From contig CAJINV010000006.1 of the NCBI GenBank assembly GCA_905178155.1, positions 4,579,795-4,643,794 on the forward strand: a stretch of 64,000 nucleotides of DNA. The letters run 5' to 3'. Positions 39,201 through 48,331 of the stretch are shown in pieces. Every line of letters begins with the position of its first letter. Position 1 is the stretch's first letter. The notes below the pieces were generated by a model. That model saw only the letters and a list, made by a program, of their open reading frames with translations, was not told the origin of the DNA and searched no databases. Made by a program: the position numbers and the translations under genes. This DNA comes from Amoebophrya sp. A120. Lineage: Eukaryota; Protista; Dinoflagellata.

Positions 39201-42053
39201 CATAGATTTCGATTTGATTGGGAACTACAAGCAGGACTACATGAAGGCCCTCGTAAAAGACCCACCGTGGGCGCGCGCCTTGGCTGGTCCGCTATCAAAA
39301 AAGCGGCAGGCTTCGCAGCCGATATCGCACTCCGCCGGGCAGGTTGCGTTCTGAGGTGGCGGGCAGGCTATTGCCGGCGCGCTGTGCCGAAAAGCTGAGC
39401 CCGCGACGCCATTTTTCTAGAAGTCCCGGCCCCGGGTTTCCGGATGTTCTTCGGATTCTGCGAAGAAAGGTCCGTCCGCGAGACCCCCAAAAGGGGTTTT
39501 TTCCGGAACCCTCGTAGCAGTGGGGGAAGCTTCCAAAAGTAGTGTTTTTGGCTACCCCTCCCGGAGGGTCCTCAGCAAGGGTCTCGCAGAGGAGAAAGGC
39601 TCCAGCTTCGGAAGCCCTCGGCGCATCTTTCCGCCGGGGCCCCGGGCATCCCGGCCTGCCTACGGGCGAAGTTCGCATAGGCCCCAGGGCCTACCGGAAC
39701 TAGAGGCACGGAGGAGAAGGCGTAGGCCGCCGGGGCCTGCCGCTAGTTTACAGCTTTGCCAGCGCGCCCGCCCCCCTCAGTTCGTTGTAGCTCTATCGCA
39801 GCAAAAACTGAGTGGGAAGGCGGGGGCTTTGATGTTCCCAGCGCCGTGGGGGTGGCGGAGTGAACCAAGCAGCCCGGCGACTTGGTCGCTCGCGTATCCT
39901 CTGTCGAGGGAGCTGCGCGAGGGGTGTCGGGCGAAAAGCGCAGAGCCGCCGTGGATGTGACCCAGAGCCAGCTCGGCGACTTCTTCTGCCTCATCGAAGA
40001 GTCGGGAAGCGCCACCTGCAAATGCGCCGCACATTGGGAGGGCAGGAAGCTGCTAGAAGCCGCTCGGCTTCTCTTGGGGGACATGATTACCTCCGAAGCC
40101 AAGCGGTCTGCGCCAAAGACTCGTGAATGACCCGAGTCCGTGCGCGGGATAGTCCTCGCTAGGGCGAAGTGGCCGCCTTCTTAGCTAGATAACTTGATAC
40201 GCATGGCCCAAATGCATTGCATGCGTGACCAAGGCCCAGCACAAAAGCCAAGCAGCGCAATGCCTATGCCCGGAGACCCTGAAAATTTTTTATCCACTTT
40301 GAAAAGATGCAGTTAGTATGGCCATTTTGAAGCACGCGATATTGTCGTGCTTCAAAGATTTCGATTTGATTGGGAACTACAAGCAGGACGACGAAGATGA
40401 TGATGAATTGAAGCACGACAATATCGAACAAAAAAATGTTAACGTTACGGTTTCAGCGATTTTTGAAACAAAATTTTTTTTTCCGCTCAATGGCTTTCTT
40501 TTCATGTAAAGATCAACACTTTTCATGATACTAGCTACCGTGGGACTCTGTTGCAGCGTCATCAGTTTGAGCTAGCTAGTACAAAAAGTATTCCATTCCG
40601 CGCCCGAGTCTAGCGCAACCTCCGGAGGAAGACCACGGGCGCCGCGGCTCTGACTGTTTTGGCATGATATGGCGGTGATGTTGGCGACCTTTCGCCATGA
40701 AGTCTGTCATGCAAGGCGTGCGTCATGTGTCGGCATATGAGTCGATGCGACAACCCCCCGAAAGGTCCGCGCAACTCTCCACCATATCGCCACCTTGGAA
40801 CTGTATAGGCTCGCTGCGTTTCTAGACATTGCGCTGCAGCTTTTGAGCCATCTCGCCAAGTTCTCTCCATGAAGCAGAAAAGCTGTGACTTCGAGGATGG
40901 GGAAAATTGGCAAAATTCGGGCACCAAAGTGCCCAAGTTTTGCAGTCACCAAAAAAACCGTTAACACTTTTTAGAATGGGCGGTATGATCGCCCCAGCCT
41001 GCCAAAAGCAGGCTTTTTCGTATGAAAATGCCAAAAAATGACCGTTAACACTTTTTAGACAGCACGCTATGGTCGATTTATCCTCCTCAGAGCCCGTGCT
41101 TCTTGGCCTGCAGGGTTTTGGACAGGGTAAGTCGATCATAGCATGCTGTCTAAAAAGTGTTAATGGTTTTTCTGGGTGACTGCGAAATTTGGCCTCAAAT
41201 TGATGGCAAATCATGGTTTTTTTCGGTGGAATTCCCTATGATCCGAAAAAACCGTTAACACTTTTTAGACAGCACGCTATGATCGATTCTGCCTGCCAAA
41301 AGCCGGTCCATCCTCGGCGTCGATGGCGGCGGCGAGGATGGTGGCAACTCGAGAGCATCTCTCAACCAGGTGGGTTGCACTAGCTGCCGTCCACGAAGCG
41401 CCCCCAAACAGCTGAAGAGCAGGCTCCGCCGGCACCGAGCTGGTGTGGAGGCGATGCGACCGGGTCAAGGAGCCCACGTGGCGCGGAAGGTTCGTCATGG
41501 AGCGGCCCCGGTAGGCGAAGTTCCAGGCCGTCAGGCCTTGCGCACTAGCTAACTCAAACAAAATTAGCTACTTCAGAGTCCCACAATAGTTAAGAGGGTG
41601 AGCGGGTCCCTTTAGGCATTCACATAATGCCGCCAGTGAACCCACAAAAAATTTTTAATGCAAAAAATGCAAAGCCGTAACGTTTTCGATTTGATTGGGA
41701 ACTACAAGCAGGACGACGAAGATTATGATTTTGAATTGAAGCAGGACACGACACAACTGATGAAGGCGGTTGTTCCCGAAGGAGGTGACAAGTTTTTTTT
41801 TCGAAATGACAAGAAGGAAAAGATCGCTAGCTCCGGAGATGGCCACGATGAAAACGAAAATAAACCGGAGAAGATTTGTACGGAAGATGAGCAGAACGAT
41901 GACGATTTCAAGTTCGGAAATGTTGAAAAGGACGAGAAATGCAGCAGTAACTACGGTTTTGTGAACAAGGATAAGGAAGAAAAGCAGGAGAAGCTGAAAT
42001 CGCCGGTGCACCAGGTGGCCGGTCCCGAGGATGTCGATTTTGACGAGCTGTAA
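27246..42053 (+). CDS. Gene 4: large low-complexity (K/N/A/S-rich) hypothetical protein. Exons 27246-28557, 28718-29530, 29691-29734, 29908-30217, 30394-30514, 30674-30746, 30896-31142, 31300-31600, 31923-32560, 32831-33571, 34574-34677, 34832-35608, then orphaned C-terminus 41721-42053 (~1,937 aa if the array is removed; ~1,830 aa ending at 35620 if not)
   Basis: Removing ten introners and one GT-AG intron gives a continuous frame; the coding sequence resumes in frame after the last array repeat. Confidence 0.7.
28558..28712. mobile_element. Introner family B
   Basis: TSD CGCGG/CGCGG. Confidence 0.9.
29531..29685. mobile_element. Introner family B
   Basis: TSD TCCGA/TCCGA. Confidence 0.9.
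29735..29902. mobile_element. Introner family D
   Basis: TSD TTCCG/CGCCG; frame restored. Confidence 0.82.
30218..30393 (+). other. Canonical GT-AG intron in gene 4
   Basis: G|GTATTG...CAAAG|GT joins the flanking ORFs in frame. Confidence 0.65.
30515..30668. mobile_element. Introner family B
   Basis: TSD TCCCG/TCCCG. Confidence 0.9.
30747..30890. mobile_element. Introner family B
   Basis: TSD ATGAT/ATGAT. Confidence 0.9.
31143..31294. mobile_element. Introner family B
   Basis: TSD ACGGT/ACGGT. Confidence 0.9.
31601..31917. mobile_element. Introner family C, opposite orientation to 3612-3919
   Basis: TSD AACAT/AACAT. Confidence 0.92.
32561..32825. mobile_element. Introner family A
   Basis: TSD TGCTG/TGCTG. 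Confidence 0.92.
33572..34568. mobile_element. Introner family A carrying a nested ~730-bp insertion (~33667-34397)
   Basis: Both halves of family A present; TSD GACCG/AACCG; frame restored (LET|AQRPENF). Confidence 0.88.
33667..34397. mobile_element. Nested non-coding element with 11-bp inverted repeat GTAGTGAGGTC (33670-33680) / GACCTCACTAC (34363-34373)
   Basis: Interrupts the family-A consensus between GCATCA and CAGATTTTT. Confidence 0.7.
34678..34826. mobile_element. Introner family B
   Basis: TSD TCACG/TCACG. Confidence 0.9.
35949..37140. repeat. Hairpin repeat array: 12 copies of TTTGAAAAGATG-N7-10-CATCTTTTCAAA (5 at ~63-84-bp spacing, 7 at 84-85-bp period)
   Basis: Copies start near 35949, 36012, 36077, 36144, 36228, 36595, 36680, 36765, 36850, 36934, 37018, 37102. 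Confidence 0.9.
40422..41690. mobile_element. Long family-E-like TIR element (cassette 5 of the array)
   Basis: Begins TATCGAACAAAAAAATGTTAACGTTACGG, ends GCCGTAACGTTTTCGAT; ~170-bp imperfect terminal inverted similarity; inverted homolog of 8164-9281. Confidence 0.75.
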
Positions 42054-42999
42054 ATACTGATAAAACGGAACAAAGAACTACGTGATTATAAGGAGTTGTA
42101 GTCGAAAATATTGTAGTACTACGACACAGAGACGTAAGTAAGTAGACCGCTTCTAAACTATCCCTCTGGTGAAGGACGATCATGACCACGGGGTTGGTTG
42201 TTGAGGAAGCGATGCGAGCGGTTTCAATTTTCCTTCCTCGTCTGTTGAAACTGCACGTTCAGGACGGATGCTGGTAAGGAAAAATTATCGTTTTCGACGA
42301 ACGAAGGGGATTATAGGTTTGGTGCAGGAACAACTACAAGGATTCTCATTCTTTTTGGAAGACGGCCAGGACGAATCTGAATCGTGCTCAGTAGCGAGAT
42401 TCTTATTTCCTGAGCTATTCATATGGAAGAAGCGGACACCTTTAAATTTTGCGAGAAAGTAGAGAATAAGAATACGAAGATGATGAAAATTACAGCTGCA
42501 CAACCTTACGAATATATAACTATTCGTGCCTATTCATGTCGTCATCCGTATCTTGCAGATTTTCAGATTCACCATTCGAATGAAACTTACCGACTACACG
42601 GACTGCTAAACATTCTCTGAAAATATCGAAGATTCATACTTCGATTTCTTTTTTGAAAGTGGCGGCTCAATTCATGACTATGTTGTCACGAGGATTGGAG
42701 TTGGTAGCTTTGCTACAAACGACATATCATGGTACGTCAGACCTTTCAAATGATTTATATTGCTCTACTATTGGAAACAAAATTGAACTGTTTAGCATGT
42801 GCTGGAAGCTGATGTGTTGTCGTCTTGCTTGGCTGTTAAAGTACGTCTTTCGGCGTCCAGTCGTGTCTGTTGCCGAAGCAACTAGCTAACTGCGTCCGCC
42901 GTCTTCTTTTTGGCCATGCAAGGAAGCAGCTGGAGGAATGAGGAAGGGCGCTGCTCTGCCACCGCCGCCTCGTGTCCTTGCATGCTTCTGCTCCGTAGT

Positions 43000-44400
43000 G
43001 TCTTCCGCCGTGTTTCGCCCGATTTTGGCAAAAGGCGCGGCGGGGTTTTTTCTGCAGCAGATGAGGGAAGTCAAGCGCCTGGCGCGGGACAACTACCAGC
43101 GGCCCCAGCCCCGCGAATCCCAGCGCCGGAACCGGTTCCCGTCTTACTTCCTGCCCGAGGTCAGCAAGATCGCGAGCAAGCCCAGCCTCCCCCGGTCGGC
43201 CCCGCCTTCACCAGCGCGCGGCCAGGTTTGCAGAGCGCGCAGGGGCGCGACAAACCTCTCCGCCTTTGGGGAGCCGTGGCGGGCCCCGTTCCCAGGCAGG
43301 CCGGGGCCGGAACAGGGCGGGCCACGGGGCGCGTTTGGCCACGATAAAGGCCGGCCGCCAAGAGGGCGGCGGACGGAGAGGAGGGGGGGCGTTTGGGAGA
43401 ATGATGAGCAAACCGGGAGAGAGGTAAGCAGGGGGAAGCCTTTAGGGTGGGGGCTTGTGGCCGTTGCGCCCGGGCGCCAGCACTTCAAAACCGAAGCGCG
43501 CCACCCCGCGCCGTTGCAACCGAGCGCGCCGGCGCACGCGCGGCCCCCTTACTTCCGCGCGTGCGAAGCCGGTGCCCACGGCCAGCGCGAGGGCTTGGCG
43601 CCCTGCCTCCGCCCGCGACATCGATCGGCGCCGGCCGGCGTCGGCGTCGCAGCATGGTGCGCAAGTGCCCCTGCCCCCCGCCATCCGCAAGAGCGTGAAC
43701 CGTCGCAGGCCTCCAACGAGTAGGCAAAGGCCGCGGCGCGTCAAAGGGCGACAGGGAGGCCGCCCGCCCCTTCTATTTGTTCGAGTGTTTTTGCCGCCGG
43801 CGCCCGTCCGTCTGGGTAGCGCCATCCGTTTTCGCCGGCGACACCCGCGCGCCCTCTCTATTTGCGTGGGCGCGCCCTCCTCTGTTGCCCGCCCGCCGAA
43901 TAGTGTGGCCCTCTTGATGCGGGTGCATATCCCGGGGCGGGGCACTGTCCCAGCCGCCCCCCCCGCCGAACAGCGTGTGGCGCGCGCCCTTCCTGGCGGA
44001 AAGCGGCCGGCGGTGCCCGGGTTGCTTGCCCGGCTGGGCTGCATTGGTTGCAATGCCTGGCCCCATGGCGTGGGTGTTTCTTTGGGTGCCTTCGCGTTGT
44101 TGCGTTGTGCGGCCGGGGCTGGCGCCCTGGGTCTTTTGGTTGTGGCGGCCGCGCAATGAGTTTGTTAGTTTGTCCACCTTGCTCTGGCAGGCCGCGCGGG
44201 TGGTTGCAGGCAGCCAGTAAGTGCTGTGTCCGGCACCGGCTCCGTGTTTTTTTCGGGTTGCCCGGCCTTAACTTGTTACTCCGCGGCCCGCATTGCCGGC
44301 ACGTCGCCCCCACAAATGCAGGTTTGCTGGCTTGTTGTGTCATCAGAGTCGATGCTTTTTCGGCCGCGCAGGCAAGCCAGCGGACTCTCGATTGCTCTGT
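43000..44400. other. Very GC-rich intergenic block, probably non-coding or TE-derived
   Basis: Compositional shift; overlapping low-complexity ORFs; boundaries approximate. Confidence 0.45.
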
Positions 44401-44726
44401 GGCTATAATGCGTCGCGTTCGGCTGGTCTGCTTAACGTTTACCTTTGTGTTTACTCAGAGAGGGAGCGAGAGGGAGAACCAATGACAGTGGCTCCGTGCT
44501 GCGTCGAGACAGTATTGCTCCGGCAAATCGCAGGCGCACTGCTACATGTTGAGCGTTATGCCAAAGGGGGAGACTCAGCTCTTTTCTCCGGCTTCTGAGT
44601 GACTGACAATATGTATTTATTGTGCTCCACACGGCAGGTCGTGGACGTGGATTGCCCTGGGTCAACGCATGAAGCCCGTGAAAAAGTCTGGCGCTGATTG
44701 AGGTTCTTGATGACGTCGCCAACAGT

Positions 44727-47594
44727 ATGTACATAATGCGTGCAGGGGCGGCTCCACCTCGGGCGTTTTTAGTACGAAAAAGTCTTTGGACGAGGCCACC
44801 AGAACCTGCGGTAAAGACCCGACAGCCGCCCGCAGCTTCATTCGCGTGGTGCCCATCGCCTTTTCTTCTTGTTTTTGCAGTTTTCTCATCTCTACTGATG
44901 AGTATCGTTGCCGCCAGCACTAGCAGCGCAGCAGCTTCGCGTCGCGCCGCTGTAGTTGACCACCGAGAGCAAGCGACCGCCTTCGCAGCAGACGTCGAGC
45001 ATTTCACGGCGCGCACGTGCGGAACCAGGAATCGCGATAAGATTCTTGCATTGTGCGCGCCATCTTTGAAGACGGGACCACGGGGTGGATCAAGATCTAT
45101 TTCTTCGTCGCAGGAGCCGCAAAGGACAAGCTCTGGCGTCGACATCCACACGGCTGCTCAGCAAACCATGAAAGCACTCGCCTGCCACCTCAGCGAGCAC
45201 ATGCGGACGCTGGTTCTTCAAAATTCGGAGCTAATGGCGACGGGAAGCACAGGTGAACATGCTACGGAAGAACCTACAACAGCAGCCGAGTTGCTTGCCA
45301 CCGCGCACCGCTGCAAGCTCCAGTCATCTTGCGTTGACGAAGTGGTTGATTTCGTTTTTGACATGACGAAGTCCAAATCTCCGTTGAACAAAATCTACAA
45401 CTCCCCTAGCAGCCACCGAGAGAGTGAGTCAACAGCAAATGATGAGATGAACGGAGATACATCTAGTAGGACGATATCTCGCCTTTGCCAAGATCTGTTT
45501 CCGGCCGCCGTAGGAACGATACTGCAGTTGTCTTCTGGAGGTGGTGCAGCAGCTCCTGCACGACAGAAGATATTAACTTCGGCAAAAGCTTTTACCGCTG
45601 AAATCGATGGCGGGACTGGTGAGCAAACAGTTGACACTGGTGGTGTTCATCTATCGTCCGGAACATCAATCGGAGCAAAGCCTACACGTCGCCCGGATGA
45701 AGATATCGTTGAGGAACATGATCAAAACAGCCCAGGAAATCACCACCCAGCTGTCGCTGCTGTTGCTCATCCTCATCGTCCTGCGAGCCGCGAGATGACA
45801 GAATTTCTACTTGATGGGGCGGCGGCCCCGGTGTCGGACTCAGTTTCCCTGCACGAGGAATTTCTTACCGACGGAGGTGGACGTGGACGAGGTGGCGTAA
45901 ATAAAACCATGCTCACCTCGTCGTACTATTCTGATAGTACAGCAGACAGAGGCGGCAAGAACGCTACGCAACAGCAGTCCAATCAACCTAATACCTTCCC
46001 CCGGCGACTCGCGTTCGCTTTCCCAACCGTTACGGCGCTTGTTCCGATAGCAACTTCTATGTCGGATGATGATGACTACGGTCGTGACGGCAGTGACGCG
46101 GGAGGAGGCAAATTAAACTGCACCGACGAAACCTTCTGTTTGCGCCTCGCGAGCGCTGTAGCAAGTAGTTTGCGGAGCACGGAGTTGACAAGAACATATT
46201 CTGCAACTACTTCTGCCTCGGCAACTACCCAACTGTTTCTCATCCCCGCCAAAGTTTCCGTCTCGATCGAAAATTGTTTCAGTTGTACGACGGACTTTAC
46301 CTCATCCCCGGCCACAACTACCTCGAAGAACAGCAGTGGGAACAACACTACTAGTACGACGAGCAGTGCCAGTACTACAGCCAGCAGCTCTAGCAGTAGC
46401 ACGTCCTTCACCTCTTCGTTTTCAGTGTCTTCACCAGGAGGACCGTTTACCGGTCGTGGACCAGAAGCAACACCACCTGCAGGAGACACAGAATACCTCG
46501 TCTCCTCTTCAAGGCAACGAACAGCCCCATCCCTCCTCGACGCAGCGGCTGCGGCAGAAGACGAAACGGCTCGCGTTTTAAAGAAGCACCACAAGAGCGA
46601 CGAGGGCGCGCTGGGACGAGAGCGAGAGGGCGACAACGACGACTCTAACGTGGATAATTGGATCTCCCCCTTCGTGACCGGCGATGTCGAGTACTTTACC
46701 TACACCAGTCCTGCTGCCGCCCTGACCGCTGCTTCCAATCTCTCACTCACCGCCTGTGTGGACGATGTGGGGAAGAGTCTGTTGACAAAGTTGATTTGGG
46801 AGCGAAGTCGAACGACCAGTACCAGTGCCAGTAGTACAGATAGCGCGAACAAGAAGTACAACGCGCTGCAGCAAAAATCGCAGGCGGCGGTCACCCAGCA
46901 GGATGAAGAAGGGACCACTTCTGCGTCAGCACCCGGTTCTTCGACAGACGAGCAAACTAGTACCCTATCTTCTATCTTCCAACAGGTAGACCAAAACGAG
47001 GTGGCAACCTGGTTTTCGACCTTCGTTCTGTTCCACATCAAGGAGTCGGCGCTGTTTCAAGCGGGTTTTTTGAAGAATGGCACAACATCAACTTCACCTG
47101 GTGGGAGCAGCAATACCAATACAAATGGTACAGCATCAAATAGTTCGACGCAACTTGTAGGGCAGCAGGTGGAAATCCAGTGGGTTCACTGCGACGAAGC
47201 GGTAAAGGAGTTGTCAAACTTGCGGAAAATAGGCCCCGGAGTCAACGTACTAGGGAGTACAAGCGATGAATCCTTCGGTCACTGGCTTTCCAACTTGTCC
47301 CACGAGCATTTGTTCGTGTTGATTGCGGCGTTGGCGAGCATACTAAGCTGTTTGTTGTCCGTCGTAGTGTTGTGGATGCAGAAAGGTGGAAGTGGAACAA
47401 GTGCTGGGACGAATGGTGACGGTAGAACCAGAAGCAGCGCAGTTGCTCGAACGACGAGGTCGGCCTCATTTTCACCTCCGAACAAAGATGCTGTGACGAT
47501 TCAGCGGATCGATGTGACAAAGCATCAAATAAATACTGGTCCTGATGCAGAAGAAGTGCTGGAAGAAGATGATGATGGCCCACCTTTGCACTAG
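44727..47594 (+). CDS. Gene 5: intronless 955-aa hypothetical membrane/surface protein (N-terminal hydrophobic segment, S/T-rich ectodomain, C-terminal TM HLFVLIAALASILSCLLSVVVLW)
   Basis: Long uninterrupted ORF with composition like the neighbouring genes; start uncertain. Confidence 0.8.
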   Translation: MYIMRAGAAPPRAFLVRKSLWTRPPEPAVKTRQPPAASFAWCPSPFLLVFAVFSSLLMSIVAASTSSAAASRRAAVVDHREQATAFAADVEHFTARTCGTRNRDKILALCAPSLKTGPRGGSRSISSSQEPQRTSSGVDIHTAAQQTMKALACHLSEHMRTLVLQNSELMATGSTGEHATEEPTTAAELLATAHRCKLQSSCVDEVVDFVFDMTKSKSPLNKIYNSPSSHRESESTANDEMNGDTSSRTISRLCQDLFPAAVGTILQLSSGGGAAAPARQKILTSAKAFTAEIDGGTGEQTVDTGGVHLSSGTSIGAKPTRRPDEDIVEEHDQNSPGNHHPAVAAVAHPHRPASREMTEFLLDGAAAPVSDSVSLHEEFLTDGGGRGRGGVNKTMLTSSYYSDSTADRGGKNATQQQSNQPNTFPRRLAFAFPTVTALVPIATSMSDDDDYGRDGSDAGGGKLNCTDETFCLRLASAVASSLRSTELTRTYSATTSASATTQLFLIPAKVSVSIENCFSCTTDFTSSPATTTSKNSSGNNTTSTTSSASTTASSSSSSTSFTSSFSVSSPGGPFTGRGPEATPPAGDTEYLVSSSRQRTAPSLLDAAAAAEDETARVLKKHHKSDEGALGREREGDNDDSNVDNWISPFVTGDVEYFTYTSPAAALTAASNLSLTACVDDVGKSLLTKLIWERSRTTSTSASSTDSANKKYNALQQKSQAAVTQQDEEGTTSASAPGSSTDEQTSTLSSIFQQVDQNEVATWFSTFVLFHIKESALFQAGFLKNGTTSTSPGGSSNTNTNGTASNSSTQLVGQQVEIQWVHCDEAVKELSNLRKIGPGVNVLGSTSDESFGHWLSNLSHEHLFVLIAALASILSCLLSVVVLWMQKGGSGTSAGTNGDGRTRSSAVARTTRSASFSPPNKDAVTIQRIDVTKHQINTGPDAEEVLEEDDDGPPLH

Positions 47595-48331
47595 GTTTGT
47601 TCTATCCGTCCTCGTCCCCGGTGAGATGAATGAAACAAAAATAAAAAACGCATATTATGTCAGCCAGTCCCAGTCCCGCGCAAATTATGTGCGCCACATC
47701 AAAATGAATAAAGCAGTGTCAAAAACACGTACCAAGATGATAAAGCAGGCCGTCTTGCGACTTCTTAGCTCGGCCATCTTGCGACAATTTGACTCATGTG
47801 TCAAGTTGCGGTTGCCTCCGTTGTTGTACCAGCGCAGCGGAACTGATGCTGTGCCTAGCATTTTAATTTTTGCCGCTTTTCCCTTATCGAAGTTTTTTTC
47901 GCTACTATGATTATATGTTCTGCGACATTGGTACGGTCTTTATTACGGGGGGGGAGGGTGTGGATGGAAAAACAAATGCAAACTGTACCGGCGAAAGAGG
48001 GTTGAAAAACAAAAGCAGCAAGGGTATAGAATGTCGCTCTGCAAAGTAGATGTAGGTGAGTTTGAATTTAAAATAAAGTTGAGAATGTACCATCTACACG
48101 CAGAAATGATGGTTTACCGTGGGTTTGATTTTGTGCGAGCGACATGCAAGAAGAGATTTGCTGAGTAAAGAGCGAGAAAACAAGTCGCTCTGCTGTTTCC
48201 CGTGGCTGCGCATATTTAGCAAATGTAAACAATTAGGTAAAAACACCAATATCGTACCAGTGCTGTACTTCTGAAGAACAACCACCTAGCCGTCCTATTT
48301 TTAGCATCGTATTTGGATTACCACATCAAAA

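Larger units (their letters stand above)
35564..41720. repeat. Cassette array: six copies of GATTTCGATTTGATTGGGAACTACAAGCAGGACGACGA(CGA)A (35564-35608, 37162-37197, 38079-38120, 39205-39237, 40357-40395, 41684-41720) separating five unique 0.9-1.6-kb inserts
   Basis: Direct repeats read from the sequence; visible in the ORF track as recurring DLIGNYKQD. Confidence 0.92.
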
